A DNA stretch of 64,000 nucleotides from an uncultured Gammaproteobacteria bacterium (GTDB lineage Bacteria; Patescibacteriota; Patescibacteriia; Magasanikbacterales; JBBTQS01): NCBI GenBank assembly GCA_964627525.1, contig CAZVIA010000001.1, forward strand, positions 8,007 to 72,006. Reading direction: 5' to 3'. A program made the translations under genes and the position numbers. Within the stretch, counting starts at the first letter, position 1, and every line of letters starts with the position of its first letter. The notes below the pieces were generated by a model. That model saw only the letters and a program-made list of their open reading frames with translations. It did not search any database and was not told the origin of the DNA. Positions 9,578-19,868 of the stretch are shown in pieces.

Positions 9578-10033
9578 ATGTCTGATTACATGCGAAAAAT
9601 TTTAGATTTAATTGGGCGAACAGGGGATAGATGTATAGTAGTTCACCCAGAGACAGAAGATGCTTATGTTGTGATGGCAATTGAGGATTATGAAATGTTG
9701 GCTGATGCTGCTTCTGATTTAGAGTGGGATGATGAAGCCGAAGGAGAAGAGGATTATGATGAGGAATGGGAATTTGGTGATGATGTTGAAGATCAGGTGG
9801 TTGATGAAGTAAAAGAAAATGGAAATAATGCTTTGGAAGAATGGCGAAAGCAAATGCAAGCTTTGGCAGCACAAGATACTGACTCTGAAGAACCATTTGA
9901 GATTGCACTTTCAAGTGTAAGGCAAGATGATGAAATTAAAGGAGAAATCAAAATTGAGGAAATTCCACAAGCAGAAGCTGAAAAAGTTGAGGGAAAAGAT
10001 GATGATAGGTTTTATATAGAACCTGTAGAATAA
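9578..10033 (+). CDS. Acidic hypothetical protein with a Phd/YefM-like N-terminal segment
   Basis: N-terminal RCIVVHPETEDAYVVMAIEDYEML resembles the Phd/YefM antitoxin core; the rest is a D/E-rich low-complexity tail. Confidence 0.35.
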   Translation: MSDYMRKILDLIGRTGDRCIVVHPETEDAYVVMAIEDYEMLADAASDLEWDDEAEGEEDYDEEWEFGDDVEDQVVDEVKENGNNALEEWRKQMQALAAQDTDSEEPFEIALSSVRQDDEIKGEIKIEEIPQAEAEKVEGKDDDRFYIEPVE

Positions 10034-10055
10034 ATTAGCCAACATAAAATAACCC

Positions 10056-10205
10056 GCACACAAATAAAAAATACTTCTAAAGGGCTCTGCGTAGGGTCGC
10101 CAGCATGGTGTCCGACCGTAGGTCGGACTGGTGACCACGAGCAAAGAGCGAATGCGCCGCAGGTGCGCGTGAGTGTCCCGATAGAAGTATTTTTTATTTG
10201 TGTGC
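10056..10205. repeat. Inverted-repeat element: 23-bp perfect IR (gcacacaaataaaaaatacttct / agaagtattttttatttgtgtgc) flanking a 104-bp GC-rich core
   Basis: IR arms at 10056-10078 and 10183-10205 are exact reverse complements. The core contains a perfect hairpin gtccgac-cgtag-gtcggac. Confidence 0.6.
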
Positions 10206-10310
10206 TTTTGTTTTTATTGACTAATTTATTAGTATTTGTTACTATGTATAGTCGTCTGTTGCTAATTAGTAAGTGGCGGGTGACATTAATTGGAAAAAGG
10301 AGAGTTTGCT

Positions 10311-11189
10311 GTGACAAGGAAATATCCTGTCTCCGGCGATCTTTACAAGAGAATTGATGCAAAAATGTCTGAGCTCAAGCGAATGCTCAGACAAAAGAAA
10401 GGGTGTATATTTGACCCTGCTGATCTTTTTGTTGCTTTGCAGTACTTGATTGATGGAAAGATCACAACACAGGATTTGATTGCAGTGTCTTTGAGAAAAG
10501 ACGAGCAAGCTCAACAACCTGCTGTGCGCATGGATAAGTTGTTCCTTTCTCCTGGGGAGCAGTGGTCCTTGTTTCTTGAGTACAATGAGAATCTACCTGA
10601 TGAGTTGAGATTCACCAAAGAAGAACTTTTGGCTTTTTGTATGGAAGGTGGTAATCCTAATCCACCTGAACTACCAGAAGACGCAAGTCCTCTCACGGTA
10701 GTCCAGCTCGTTCCTTATCAAGAAACAGTAGAAAAAACCATTGCGTTCTTGCTGGGTTTTGTTCAAAGCCAAATGGAAAAGCTCGGGCTGAACTACTACC
10801 AATGGGAAGGGTATAATGATCTTTTGACCAAAAAAGATGTAATCCGTCTTCTCCCAGGTATTGAACATCCAAGAAAGTGTCTTCGTTGGGAAATCGTAGA
10901 TCTTGGTGCAAATAGAGGAAAAAAGCCTTGTGATGTGCGAAATGAGAACAGTCCTCATGCAGCAGTACTAGCTGCAGCAGGATTTCACACCAACTGGTCA
11001 ACAAGCATGGATGGAGATAAAATCCCATACGTGTTTATGCCTGGGTATCAGGTTACTGTTCCAAGTGGTGATTCGTGGCAGTACGTGCCTCACATCTGGT
11101 TCCATCAGCACGATCGCAGGCTCAGGATCGGCTGCAGCTGGGATGGCTACTGCAACCAGGGTTGGGCTGTTGTGGTGGTTGCGATTTAG
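10311..11189 (+). CDS. Hypothetical protein (ORFan) on a GC-rich insert
   Basis: GTG start with AAGGAG 9 nt upstream (the ORF track used TTG at 10290). Higher GC and GC3 than neighbours. C-terminal Cys/Trp/His-rich motif; no recognisable domain. Confidence 0.5.
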   Translation: MTRKYPVSGDLYKRIDAKMSELKRMLRQKKGCIFDPADLFVALQYLIDGKITTQDLIAVSLRKDEQAQQPAVRMDKLFLSPGEQWSLFLEYNENLPDELRFTKEELLAFCMEGGNPNPPELPEDASPLTVVQLVPYQETVEKTIAFLLGFVQSQMEKLGLNYYQWEGYNDLLTKKDVIRLLPGIEHPRKCLRWEIVDLGANRGKKPCDVRNENSPHAAVLAAAGFHTNWSTSMDGDKIPYVFMPGYQVTVPSGDSWQYVPHIWFHQHDRRLRIGCSWDGYCNQGWAVVVVAI

Positions 11190-11355
11190 GGGAGTAATAT
11201 AGAACTTGAAGCTAGGAAACTAGCAACTTGGAAATCCTTGGTTCTTGTAACTTGAACCTTGGATTTCTTTTTTATATTTTGAACTTTGGGTTTTTAGAAT
11301 TTAAATATTGGTGCACCTTTAAAAAAATTATGTAAAAAGTTTTTCTAAAAATTTC

Positions 11356-11367
11356 CCTAAATTTAGC
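11356..11367. promoter_or_regulatory. Palindromic motif copy 2 (cCTAAATTTAGC, 11/12)
   Basis: TTTCCCTAAATTTAGCAAAAAAA, about 30 bp upstream of the tuf promoter. Confidence 0.4.
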
Positions 11368-11393
11368 AAAAAAATCATTCACACATAAAGCAC

Positions 11394-11423
11394 TTGACAC
11401 CATATACTCCAAAATGCTATAAT
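11394..11423 (+). promoter_or_regulatory. tuf promoter TTGACA-N18-TGC-TATAAT-CCCA
   Basis: Consensus -35 and -10 with extended TGn and a CCCA discriminator. Confidence 0.7.
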
Positions 11424-11512
11424 CCCACCGCTTTTATTAAGCTTTTATTAACTTAAATAAGCGATTAGGCAAGCTTAGGCAATGCCGTCGCAGTAAGATA
11501 AAGACCATTCAT

Positions 11513-12706
11513 ATGGCAGAAATGTTCGACAGAAGTAAACCACACGTTAACGTAGGTACAATTGGTCACGTTGACCATGGTAAAACAACCTTAACCGCTG
11601 CTATCTTAAAAGTGCTTGGTGCACAAGGAAAGATTGCACAGGATAAATCAGTAGATCAAATTGACGCTGCGCCTGAAGAGCGCCAGCGTGGTATTACAAT
11701 TGCTACAGCTCATGTTGAGTATGAAAGTGATGCACGTCACTACGCTCATGTTGACTGTCCAGGACACGCAGATTATGTAAAAAACATGATTACAGGTGCC
11801 GCGCAAATGGATGGAGCTATTTTAGTAGTTTCAGCAGCAGACGGTCCTATGCCTCAAACTCGTGAGCATATTTTGCTTGCACGTCAGGTTGGTGTACCGC
11901 ACATTGTTGTATTTTTAAACAAAGTTGATCAAGTTTCAGATCCAGAATTGCTTGACTTAGTAGAAGAGGAAGTAAGAGACTTGTTAAATAAGTATGAATT
12001 CCCAGGAGCTGATACACCAATTATTCGTGGTTCAGCTTTGAAAGCTCTTGAAAATCCAGGGGATGAAGCTCACGCAAAACCAATTACAGATTTACTTGAT
12101 GCTTTGGATTCATTTATTCCAACACCAGAACGTGATGTAGATAAACCATTTCTTATGCCAATTGAGGATGTTTTCTCAATTGAAGGGCGTGGTACAGTAG
12201 TTACTGGTCGTATTGAACGTGGAATTGTAAAAGTTGGTGAAGAAATTGCAATTATTGGAATGGGTGAGGAAGTAAACAAAACAACAGTTACTGGTGTAGA
12301 AATGTTTAATAAACAACTTGATCAAGGTCAAGCTGGAGACAATGCTGGTATTTTGTTGCGTGGTGTTAAAAAAGAAGATGTACAGCGTGGTCAGGTTTTG
12401 GCAGTTCCAGGATCTGTTACACCTCATACAGAGTTTGAAGCAGAAGTATATGCTTTAAGCAAAGAAGAGGGTGGACGTCACAAACCCTTTTTCAAAGGTT
12501 ACAAACCTCAGTTTTATATGCGTACAACTGATGTAACTGGAGAAGTAGAACTTCCAGAAGGAACAGAAATGGTTATGCCTGGTGACACTGCAAACTTGAA
12601 GATCAAATTGATCGTTCCAGTTGCTCTTGAAGAAAAGCAAAGATTTGCTATTCGTGAAGGTGGACGAACAGTTGGTGCAGGTGCAGTAACAAAAATTTTG
12701 AAATAA
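11513..12706 (+). CDS. tuf: Elongation factor Tu
   Basis: [10 protein letters not shown] and DCPGHADY motifs; 397 aa. Confidence 0.95.
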   Translation: MAEMFDRSKPHVNVGTIGHVDHGKTTLTAAILKVLGAQGKIAQDKSVDQIDAAPEERQRGITIATAHVEYESDARHYAHVDCPGHADYVKNMITGAAQMDGAILVVSAADGPMPQTREHILLARQVGVPHIVVFLNKVDQVSDPELLDLVEEEVRDLLNKYEFPGADTPIIRGSALKALENPGDEAHAKPITDLLDALDSFIPTPERDVDKPFLMPIEDVFSIEGRGTVVTGRIERGIVKVGEEIAIIGMGEEVNKTTVTGVEMFNKQLDQGQAGDNAGILLRGVKKEDVQRGQVLAVPGSVTPHTEFEAEVYALSKEEGGRHKPFFKGYKPQFYMRTTDVTGEVELPEGTEMVMPGDTANLKIKLIVPVALEEKQRFAIREGGRTVGAGAVTKILK

Positions 12707-12713
12707 GCAGTTG

Positions 12714-12749
12714 ACCTGCCCTTTTAAAGGGCAGGTTTCTGGTTTTTTT
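12714..12749 (+). terminator. Rho-independent terminator after tuf
   Basis: acctgccc-tttaaa-gggcaggt hairpin followed by a T-run. Confidence 0.7.
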
Positions 12750-12764
12750 AAAAACAAAACCCAA

Positions 12765-13112
12765 ATGGCAACAGAAGTAACTAAAACTAAAAAAGCGACC
12801 GAAGAAGTTGCGCAGCGAATTCGTATCAAGATTCGTGCGTATGATTCTCGTGTGATCGATGAATCTACTCGTACAATCATGGAAACTGCGAATCGTTCAG
12901 GTGCAACTGTCGTTGGTCCCATTCCATTGCCAACTGAAAAGCGTAAGTACACTGTAAACCGCTCTACTTTTGTTCACAAAACATCACGTGAACAATATGA
13001 AGTGCGAGTACATAAGCGCTTAATCGACATTTTGAGTCCAACACCAAAGACAATTGATTCACTGATGAATTTAAATTTGCCTTCAGGTGTGGATATTGAG
13101 ATGAAGATGTAA
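12765..13112 (+). CDS. rpsJ: 30S ribosomal protein S10
   Basis: [17 protein letters not shown]..., the start taken at the internal ATG of the ORF. Confidence 0.9.
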   Translation: MATEVTKTKKATEEVAQRIRIKIRAYDSRVIDESTRTIMETANRSGATVVGPIPLPTEKRKYTVNRSTFVHKTSREQYEVRVHKRLIDILSPTPKTIDSLMNLNLPSGVDIEMKM

Positions 13113-13364
13113 TTAACCAGATGGGAGTTGTAATGCAATAAGATCCAGCTGTCTTTATAGATAGCAAGGAAAACATTGTGGCACGTCTAACATCTAGAGG
13201 ATTTTTCCAGCAAAAATACTAAAAAAACTTCTTCAGATAATTTTATTGAGGAAGACTAGAAATTAATGTTTTTTTGTGATAAAATATTGCAGTAACAAAA
13301 ACACTAGTTTCTAGTCTTTTGCATTACACATACACATTACAAAATACACTAGACTAGATAGAAT

Positions 13365-13976
13365 ATGAAATTCATAATCGGTACAAAACTTAATATGACT
13401 CAAGTGTTCCAAGAAAGTGGAATAGTTGTTCCTGTTACACGTATTTCTGCTGGACCTTGTGTTGTAGCGCAAATTAGTGAAGTAAATGGGAAAAAACAAG
13501 TTCAATTAGGTTTTGGTAAAGCAAAAAAATTGAAAAAACCAATGAAGGGTCATTTAAAAGATTTGCCAGATGTTTGTCATTTGCGTTCATTTAATACTGA
13601 TCAAGAATTAAATCGCGGTGATGTTGTTGGTGTGGATTCTTTTGAAGCGGGTGAGCGAGTTGGAGTAACTGGAACAAGCAAAGGAAAAGGTTTTCAGGGT
13701 GTTGTAAAACGACATGGATTTCATGGTTCTCCAGCATCACATGGTCATAAAGATCAGTTGCGTATGCCAGGTTCTATTGGTGCAACAGATGCTGCCCGTG
13801 TTTTTAAAGGAACAAGAATGGGTGGTCACATGGGTGATGAGCGAGTAACTGTAAAAAATTTAGAAGTAGTTCAAATTGATCCTGAAAAAAATGAAATCAT
13901 GATTAAAGGTGCTGTTCCAGGAGCTAAAGGTGGTTTGATAATGATTTTTTCAAAAGGTGAAATGAAAAAGAGATAA
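13365..13976 (+). CDS. rplC: 50S ribosomal protein L3
   Basis: Conserved L3. Confidence 0.9.
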   Translation: MKFIIGTKLNMTQVFQESGIVVPVTRISAGPCVVAQISEVNGKKQVQLGFGKAKKLKKPMKGHLKDLPDVCHLRSFNTDQELNRGDVVGVDSFEAGERVGVTGTSKGKGFQGVVKRHGFHGSPASHGHKDQLRMPGSIGATDAARVFKGTRMGGHMGDERVTVKNLEVVQIDPEKNEIMIKGAVPGAKGGLIMIFSKGEMKKR

Positions 13977-13977
13977 T

Positions 13978-14607
13978 ATGGCAAAAGCAAAAGTATACAA
14001 TCAACAAGGAAAAGAAATTGAAACTATTGAGTTGAATAGCAATGTTTTTGCTGTAAAAGTAAATCCTGAATTAGTTCATGAAGTTGTTGTTGCTGGTTAT
14101 GCAAACAAGCGTCAAACTTTAGCACATACAAAAGGACGAAGTGATGTGCGAGGTGGTGGACGCAAGCCTTGGAAACAAAAAGGAACTGGTCGTGCAAGAC
14201 ATGGTTCACGACGTTCTCCAATTTGGCGAGGTGGTGGAGTAACTTTTGGACCAACAAAAGAACGTAATTTCAAAAAGCGAATTAATAAAAAAGTTAAAAC
14301 ATCTGTAATTAAAATGATTTTAACAGATCGTTTGGCAGCAGATGGTTTGGTTGTAGTTGATACATTGAAATTTGATCAACCAAAAACAAAATTGTTTGCA
14401 CAAATGAAAAAAGCATTGCCTTGTGGTTTAAAGCGTGTGATTATCATAAGTGATAAAAAAGATGAGGCTTTGTTAAGAATTACAAAAAACATTGATCGTG
14501 TAAAAACAACATTTGTTGGTGAACTTGGAGTAGTTGATTTGATTGAAAGCCCATACATGATTGTGAGTAAGGAAGCTTTGAAAATGCTAGAAAAAAAATA
14601 CAGTTAA
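13978..14607 (+). CDS. rplD: 50S ribosomal protein L4
   Basis: Conserved L4; position. Confidence 0.9.
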   Translation: MAKAKVYNQQGKEIETIELNSNVFAVKVNPELVHEVVVAGYANKRQTLAHTKGRSDVRGGGRKPWKQKGTGRARHGSRRSPIWRGGGVTFGPTKERNFKKRINKKVKTSVIKMILTDRLAADGLVVVDTLKFDQPKTKLFAQMKKALPCGLKRVIIISDKKDEALLRITKNIDRVKTTFVGELGVVDLIESPYMIVSKEALKMLEKKYS

Positions 14608-14613
14608 GTTAAT

Positions 14614-14892
14614 ATGGATAATATTTTGCTAAGCACACATATTACAGAGAAAACAGCTGAACGAGAAGACAAAGGCGTTTATACTTTTGAGGTTTCTGAT
14701 GCTGCAAATAAGTATATGGTAGCTCAAGCTGTAGAAAAAATGTTTGGTGTGCAACCAGTAGCAGTTCGTATTATTAAAAGAAAAGGAAAGAAAAAAAGAT
14801 ATGGAAAGTTTTACGGAAATCGTAAAGATAGAAAGTATGCGATTGTAAGTTTGAAAAAAGGACAAACAATGAGTTTGCATAAAGGAGTCTAA
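14614..14892 (+). CDS. rplW: 50S ribosomal protein L23
   Basis: Size and position; conserved L23. Confidence 0.85.
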   Translation: MDNILLSTHITEKTAEREDKGVYTFEVSDAANKYMVAQAVEKMFGVQPVAVRIIKRKGKKKRYGKFYGNRKDRKYAIVSLKKGQTMSLHKGV

Positions 14893-14910
14893 TAAAAGTT
14901 TTAGAAAAAT

Positions 14911-15753
14911 ATGCCGGTAAAAAAGTTAAAAAAGAATACAGCAGGCCGTCGCAACATTAGTGTTGATACTTTTTCTGATATTACAAAAAAGACACCGGAA
15001 AAAAGTTTATTAAAAATTAAAAAGAAAAAAGCAGGACGTTCAAAAGGTAAAATTACTGTTCGCCATCAAGGTGGGGGACACAAAAGATTTATCAGGGTGA
15101 TAGATTTTAAACAAGAACGTTATGATGAATCAGCTACAGTGCTTGGGATTGAATATGATCCAAATAGAAATGCGCGTATTGCATTGGTTGAATATGAGGA
15201 TAAGGAAAAGCGATATATTTTAGCTCCAGACGGTTTACAAGATGGAGATAAAGTGGTATCATCTCGCACAGCTGTGGATGCAAAAGTTGGAATAAGAATG
15301 CCAGTTGAATTTATCCCTGTTGGAAGTTTTGTGCATAACATTGAATTTTGCCCAGGTGGTGGAGGACAAATTGCTCGTGGAGCTGGAACACAAGTTCAGC
15401 TTATGGGTGTTGAAGGAAAATATGCACAGTTGAAAATGCCTTCAGGTGAAATTCGTAAAGTTTTGAAAAACTGTTTAGCTAGTGTTGGAATGGTAAGTAA
15501 TCCAGATCATAGATTGATTCGTTGGGGTAAGGCTGGAAGAATGAGACACAAAGGAATTAGACCAACAGTTCGTGGTAAAGTTATGAACCCTTGTGATCAC
15601 CCTCATGGAGGTGGTGAAGGTCGTCAGCCAATTGGTATGAAAGCACCTAAAACACCTTGGGGTAAAAAAGCTTTGGGTGTTAAAACACGAAAAAAGAAAA
15701 AAGAAAGTAGTAAATTAATTGTTAAACGCCGACCTAAGAAGCGTAGGAAATAA
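14911..15753 (+). CDS. rplB: 50S ribosomal protein L2
   Basis: [13 protein letters not shown] and [10 protein letters not shown] conserved L2. Confidence 0.95.
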   Translation: MPVKKLKKNTAGRRNISVDTFSDITKKTPEKSLLKIKKKKAGRSKGKITVRHQGGGHKRFIRVIDFKQERYDESATVLGIEYDPNRNARIALVEYEDKEKRYILAPDGLQDGDKVVSSRTAVDAKVGIRMPVEFIPVGSFVHNIEFCPGGGGQIARGAGTQVQLMGVEGKYAQLKMPSGEIRKVLKNCLASVGMVSNPDHRLIRWGKAGRMRHKGIRPTVRGKVMNPCDHPHGGGEGRQPIGMKAPKTPWGKKALGVKTRKKKKESSKLIVKRRPKKRRK

Positions 15754-15755
15754 GT

Positions 15756-16046
15756 ATGTCAAGAAGTTTAAAAAAAGGTCCATTTGTTGATGAGAAAGTA
15801 ATAAAAAAAGTTTTAGAAGCTAAAGCTACAGGAAGTGTTAAAGCTATTAAAACTTGGTCTCGTCGCTCAACTATTACTCCAGAAATGGTGGGTATTAGGT
15901 TTGCGGTTCATAATGGAAAAGATTTTATTGAATTCTTGGTTGTTGAAGATATGGTAGGTCATAAGCTTGGTGAGTTTTCACCAACAAGAAAGTTTCATAG
16001 ACATGGTGGTAAGATGCAGAAAACAATAGAAAAAGGTAAAAAATAA
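15756..16046 (+). CDS. rpsS: 30S ribosomal protein S19
   Basis: [12 protein letters not shown]... Confidence 0.95.
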   Translation: MSRSLKKGPFVDEKVIKKVLEAKATGSVKAIKTWSRRSTITPEMVGIRFAVHNGKDFIEFLVVEDMVGHKLGEFSPTRKFHRHGGKMQKTIEKGKK

Positions 16047-16048
16047 TT

Positions 16049-16459
16049 ATGGAAGTATTAGTACACGCAAAACTTAGATACTTGAAGATGTCTCCAAAAA
16101 AGGTGCGCTTGATTGTTGATGCTGTGAGAGGTTTGAAAGTAAAAGAAGCTGATGCACAACTTGCTTTTATGAATAAAGCAGCTGCACGTCCAGTTCGTAA
16201 GTTGTTAAAAAGCGCGATTGCTAATGCTGTAAATAATTTTAAAGCAGAAGAAAGTGGTTTGGTTATTCATGAGATCAAAACTGATGAAGGTCCAACTTTT
16301 AAAAGATGGAGAGCTCGTGCTAGAGGAACTGCTGCACCAATTCGTAAACGTTCAAGTCATGTGCATATTATTTTAAAAGGTGAAGCACCAGAAAAAGTTG
16401 AGAACGTAAAAGCTAAAGCCGAACCAAAGGCTGAAGAAACTAAAGAAGAAAAGAAATAA
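16049..16459 (+). CDS. rplV: 50S ribosomal protein L22
   Basis: Conserved L22 with a Lys/Glu tail. Confidence 0.9.
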   Translation: MEVLVHAKLRYLKMSPKKVRLIVDAVRGLKVKEADAQLAFMNKAAARPVRKLLKSAIANAVNNFKAEESGLVIHEIKTDEGPTFKRWRARARGTAAPIRKRSSHVHIILKGEAPEKVENVKAKAEPKAEETKEEKK

Positions 16460-16460
16460 T

Positions 16461-17135
16461 ATGGGACATAAAGTTCATCCAACAGCACATAGATTAAACG
16501 TAATTTATCCATGGGATTCACGATGGTATGCTCGTCGTGGGAGCTATAAGTTTAAATTGAAACAAGAAGTTGAATTGCGTGATTATTTGAAAAAGAAAGT
16601 TAAGGAAGCTGGTCTTGATAGTATTTCTGTTCGTCGTAGTGCAAAAGAAGTAAATGTGATTTTGCGTGTTGCAAAACCTGGTTTGATAATTGGTCGTGGT
16701 GGTGCTGGAATTGAAGAGTTAAAGAAAAATATTCAGAAAATGTTTTTTGCAAAAGATGTACAAGTGAAAGTACAGGTGTATGAAGTACGCCAACCTTCAC
16801 TATCTGCAGCAATTGTTGCATATCAAATGGCACAAGATATTGAAAAACGTATGCCATTTAGACGTGTGCTTAAACAATCAATTGAGCGGGTGATGAAGGC
16901 GGGTGCAAAAGGAGTAAAGGTAAGTGTAGCTGGTCGTTTAAACGGAAACGAGATTGCACGTCGTGAGACTTTGTCTGACGGAAAAATTCCTTTGCAAACA
17001 CTTAGAGCTGATGTAGATTATGCTTTACATGAAGCTAACACTATTTATGGTGTTATTGGAGTGAAGGTTTGGATTTACAAAGGCGAGGTGTTTGGTCAAA
17101 AAGATAAGTTTGATCAAGAAACAAACAACAAGTAA
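16461..17135 (+). CDS. rpsC: 30S ribosomal protein S3
   Basis: MGHKVHPTAHRL..., KH domain. Confidence 0.95.
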   Translation: MGHKVHPTAHRLNVIYPWDSRWYARRGSYKFKLKQEVELRDYLKKKVKEAGLDSISVRRSAKEVNVILRVAKPGLIIGRGGAGIEELKKNIQKMFFAKDVQVKVQVYEVRQPSLSAAIVAYQMAQDIEKRMPFRRVLKQSIERVMKAGAKGVKVSVAGRLNGNEIARRETLSDGKIPLQTLRADVDYALHEANTIYGVIGVKVWIYKGEVFGQKDKFDQETNNK

Positions 17136-17144
17136 GCAGTAATT

Positions 17145-17558
17145 ATGTTAATGCCAAAGAAAGTAAAGCATAGAAAGTCTTTTAAAGGACGAAGACGTAA
17201 CAAAGGCGTAGCCACTCGTGGTACTACAATTGCTTTTGGTACTTATGCTATAAAATCTTTGGGGCACGCATGGGTTACTTCACGACAAATTGAATCAGCT
17301 CGTCGTGCGATGACAAGATTTATTGCTCGTGGTGGAAAAATTTGGATTAGAGTTTTTCCAGATAAACCAGTTACAAAAAAAGGTGCAGAAGTTCCTATGG
17401 GAAGTGGTAAAGGTGCTGTTGATCATTATGTGACAATTGTTAAACCTGGAACTGTTTTATTTGAAATGGCTGGTGTTGAAAAAGATGTAGCACGCAGAGC
17501 AATGGAATTAGCAGCTTATAAGTTGCCAATTAAGACTAAGTTTTTAGCGAAGGAATAA
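17145..17558 (+). CDS. rplP: 50S ribosomal protein L16
   Basis: [11 protein letters not shown]... Confidence 0.95.
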   Translation: MLMPKKVKHRKSFKGRRRNKGVATRGTTIAFGTYAIKSLGHAWVTSRQIESARRAMTRFIARGGKIWIRVFPDKPVTKKGAEVPMGSGKGAVDHYVTIVKPGTVLFEMAGVEKDVARRAMELAAYKLPIKTKFLAKE

Positions 17559-17559
17559 T

Positions 17560-17793
17560 ATGAAGATGGTTGATTTAGAAAAAAAAGAAAAAAAGGAATT
17601 GATTGACTTGTTAGAAGAGTTAAAAGCTGAGCGTACAAAATTACAGTTTGCAGTTCATGCAGCTGAAGAGCGCAATGTTAGAAAATTGCGTAGTTTGAAA
17701 AAAGATATTGCACGAGTTTTGACTTGTTTAAAGCAATTTGAAAATAAAGCAGAAGAAGTCAAAACAGAAGAAGGCAAGACAAAAGAGAAATAA
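17560..17793 (+). CDS. rpmC: 50S ribosomal protein L29
   Basis: Size and position; coiled-coil L29. Confidence 0.8.
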   Translation: MKMVDLEKKEKKELIDLLEELKAERTKLQFAVHAAEERNVRKLRSLKKDIARVLTCLKQFENKAEEVKTEEGKTKEK

Positions 17794-17794
17794 T

Positions 17795-18067
17795 ATGGAA
17801 GAAGAAAAAACAACAAAAGTTTTTAACAAACAAAAACCTAAACGAAAGTTGTCAGGTGTTGTTAAGACTGCGAAAGATAAAACAGTTGTTGTTCAGGTTG
17901 CAAGACATAAAATGCACCCAATTTATAAGAAAAGATTTCGTGTGACAAAAAATTATCATGCACACGATGAACAAAGTCAGTTCAAGGTAGGGGATAAAGT
18001 GACAATTGAAGAAGCACGTCCATACAGTAAGTTGAAAAGATGGCGCGCGATTTATCCTAAGAAATAA
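17795..18067 (+). CDS. rpsQ: 30S ribosomal protein S17
   Basis: Internal ATG one nt after the rpmC stop; [17 protein letters not shown] fold. Confidence 0.85.
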   Translation: MEEEKTTKVFNKQKPKRKLSGVVKTAKDKTVVVQVARHKMHPIYKKRFRVTKNYHAHDEQSQFKVGDKVTIEEARPYSKLKRWRAIYPKK

Positions 18068-18069
18068 GT

Positions 18070-18441
18070 ATGATTCAGCATCAGTCAATGTTAAATGTGG
18101 CAGATAATAGCGGAGCTAAAAAGCTCAAGTGTATTCGTGTACTTGGAGGTTATAGAAAGCGCTATGCAAGAGTGGGTGATATAATCACTTGTTCTGTTAA
18201 AGTTGCTGCTCCTCGTGGTGCTGTTAAAAAAGGTGAAGTTATACACGCAGTAATTGTTAGACAGAAGAAAGAGGTTCGTCGTACTGATGGAACTTATGTG
18301 AGATTTGATGATAATGCAGCAGTAGTAGTTGATAAAAAAACTAAAGAACCAAAAGCTACACGTATTTTTGGACCAGTTGCACGTGAGTTACGTACAAAAG
18401 GTTTTCAAAAAATTATTTCATTAGCACCTGAAGTAGCATAA
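18070..18441 (+). CDS. rplN: 50S ribosomal protein L14
   Basis: [17 protein letters not shown]... Confidence 0.95.
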   Translation: MIQHQSMLNVADNSGAKKLKCIRVLGGYRKRYARVGDIITCSVKVAAPRGAVKKGEVIHAVIVRQKKEVRRTDGTYVRFDDNAAVVVDKKTKEPKATRIFGPVARELRTKGFQKIISLAPEVA

Positions 18442-18443
18442 GT

Positions 18444-18722
18444 ATGAGTATGAAAAAGTTAAAAGTAAAAACTGGAGACATGGTAAAAGTGATTGCCGGA
18501 AAAGACAAAGGTAAGTCTGGCAAGATTATTCAGGTATTTCCAAAAAAGGAAAAAGTTGTTGTTGAAAAACTTAATATGATGAAAAAACATCTGCGTTCAC
18601 GAAAAAAAGATGAACCAGGACAACGTATTGAGTTAGCAGCACCAATTCATGTTTCTAATGTTGTAAAAGTTGAAGAAGGTAAAGTGGATGAAAAGAAAGA
18701 TAAAAAGTCAGAGAAAAAATAA
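18444..18722 (+). CDS. rplX: 50S ribosomal protein L24
   Basis: KVKTGDMVKVIAGKDKGK (KOW motif). Confidence 0.9.
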   Translation: MSMKKLKVKTGDMVKVIAGKDKGKSGKIIQVFPKKEKVVVEKLNMMKKHLRSRKKDEPGQRIELAAPIHVSNVVKVEEGKVDEKKDKKSEKK

Positions 18723-18725
18723 AGT

Positions 18726-19277
18726 ATGTTAAAAGAGTTTTATCAAAAAGAAATAATTCCAAAGTTAAAAGAGCGATTAAATATCAGTAATGTTTGGGCT
18801 GTGCCTCGTGTTGAAAAAATCGTTATAAATGTTGGTGTTGGAAAATATACAAAAGATTCAAATTATATTGATGAAGTTGAGCGATCTCTGACTGTGATTA
18901 CAGGACAAAAACCAATCCGCACAAAATCAAGAATTTCTATTTCAAACTTTAAATTAAGAGAAGGACAAGTTGTTGGTTTGAAAGTAACTATGCGCGGAAA
19001 AAGAATGTATGATTTTCTTGAGAAGTTGTTAAGAGTTACATTTCCACGCATGCGTGATTTTCGTGGAATTAGTAAAAAAGGTTTTGATAGACAAGGAAAT
19101 TTTACAGTTGGTTTTAAAGAACAAATTGCATTCCCAGAAATTTCAGGTGAAGATGCAAACAGAATGCATGGTTTGGAAATAACAGTTGTAACAACAGCAA
19201 AAAACCAAGAACAAGCAAAAGCGCTGTTAGAAGAATTGGGATTTCCTTTTAAGAAAGATAAGAAGGATAATAAGTAA
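18726..19277 (+). CDS. rplE: 50S ribosomal protein L5
   Basis: Conserved L5. Confidence 0.9.
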   Translation: MLKEFYQKEIIPKLKERLNISNVWAVPRVEKIVINVGVGKYTKDSNYIDEVERSLTVITGQKPIRTKSRISISNFKLREGQVVGLKVTMRGKRMYDFLEKLLRVTFPRMRDFRGISKKGFDRQGNFTVGFKEQIAFPEISGEDANRMHGLEITVVTTAKNQEQAKALLEELGFPFKKDKKDNK

Positions 19278-19286
19278 TAAAGATCT

Positions 19287-19472
19287 ATGGCATCAAAAGC
19301 ACAAATAGCAAAAGCCAAAAAAACTCCGAAGTTTAGCTCAAGAAAGTTAAACCGGTGTTTTAAGTGTGGAAGACATAAGGGATATATGAGAGATTTTGGC
19401 GTGTGTAGAATTTGCTTTAGAGAATTGGCAAACAATGGTCTTTTGCCAGGTGTTCGTAAATCTAGTTGGTAA
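19287..19472 (+). CDS. rpsZ: 30S ribosomal protein S14 type Z (zinc-binding)
   Basis: 61 aa, C..C..C..C: [25 protein letters not shown]. Confidence 0.9.
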   Translation: MASKAQIAKAKKTPKFSSRKLNRCFKCGRHKGYMRDFGVCRICFRELANNGLLPGVRKSSW

Positions 19473-19476
19473 TATT

Positions 19477-19866
19477 ATGTATACAGATCCGATTGCAGAC
19501 ATGTTAACAAGAATCCGAAACGCAGCTAAAGTGCGCAAACCTGAAGTCTTAGTTCCTTTTTCTAAGATTAAGTTTGCTATAGCTCAGATTTTGGAAAAAG
19601 AGGGTTATGTTTTGACAGTTGAAAGAGTTGAAGATGTTCGACCAATGATTAAGATCAGATTAAAATATAGTGGAAAACAAAGTTTGATTAGTGCGATTGA
19701 TAGGGTAAGTAAGCCAGGTCATCGTAAGTATGCAACAAAAGATGAATTACCAGTTGTAAGAAATAACTTTGGTATGGCAATAATTTCAACATCAAGAGGT
19801 TTGATGACAAATAAGCAAGCCAAAAAAGATGGTGTTGGTGGAGAAATTTTGTGTAGTATTTATTAA
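19477..19866 (+). CDS. rpsH: 30S ribosomal protein S8
   Basis: MYTDPIADMLTRIRNA... at the internal ATG. Confidence 0.9.
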   Translation: MYTDPIADMLTRIRNAAKVRKPEVLVPFSKIKFAIAQILEKEGYVLTVERVEDVRPMIKIRLKYSGKQSLISAIDRVSKPGHRKYATKDELPVVRNNFGMAIISTSRGLMTNKQAKKDGVGGEILCSIY

Positions 19867-19868
19867 AT

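Noticed and set aside
12455-12952. 165-aa minus-strand ORF
   Set aside because: Antisense to the tuf 3' end and rpsJ
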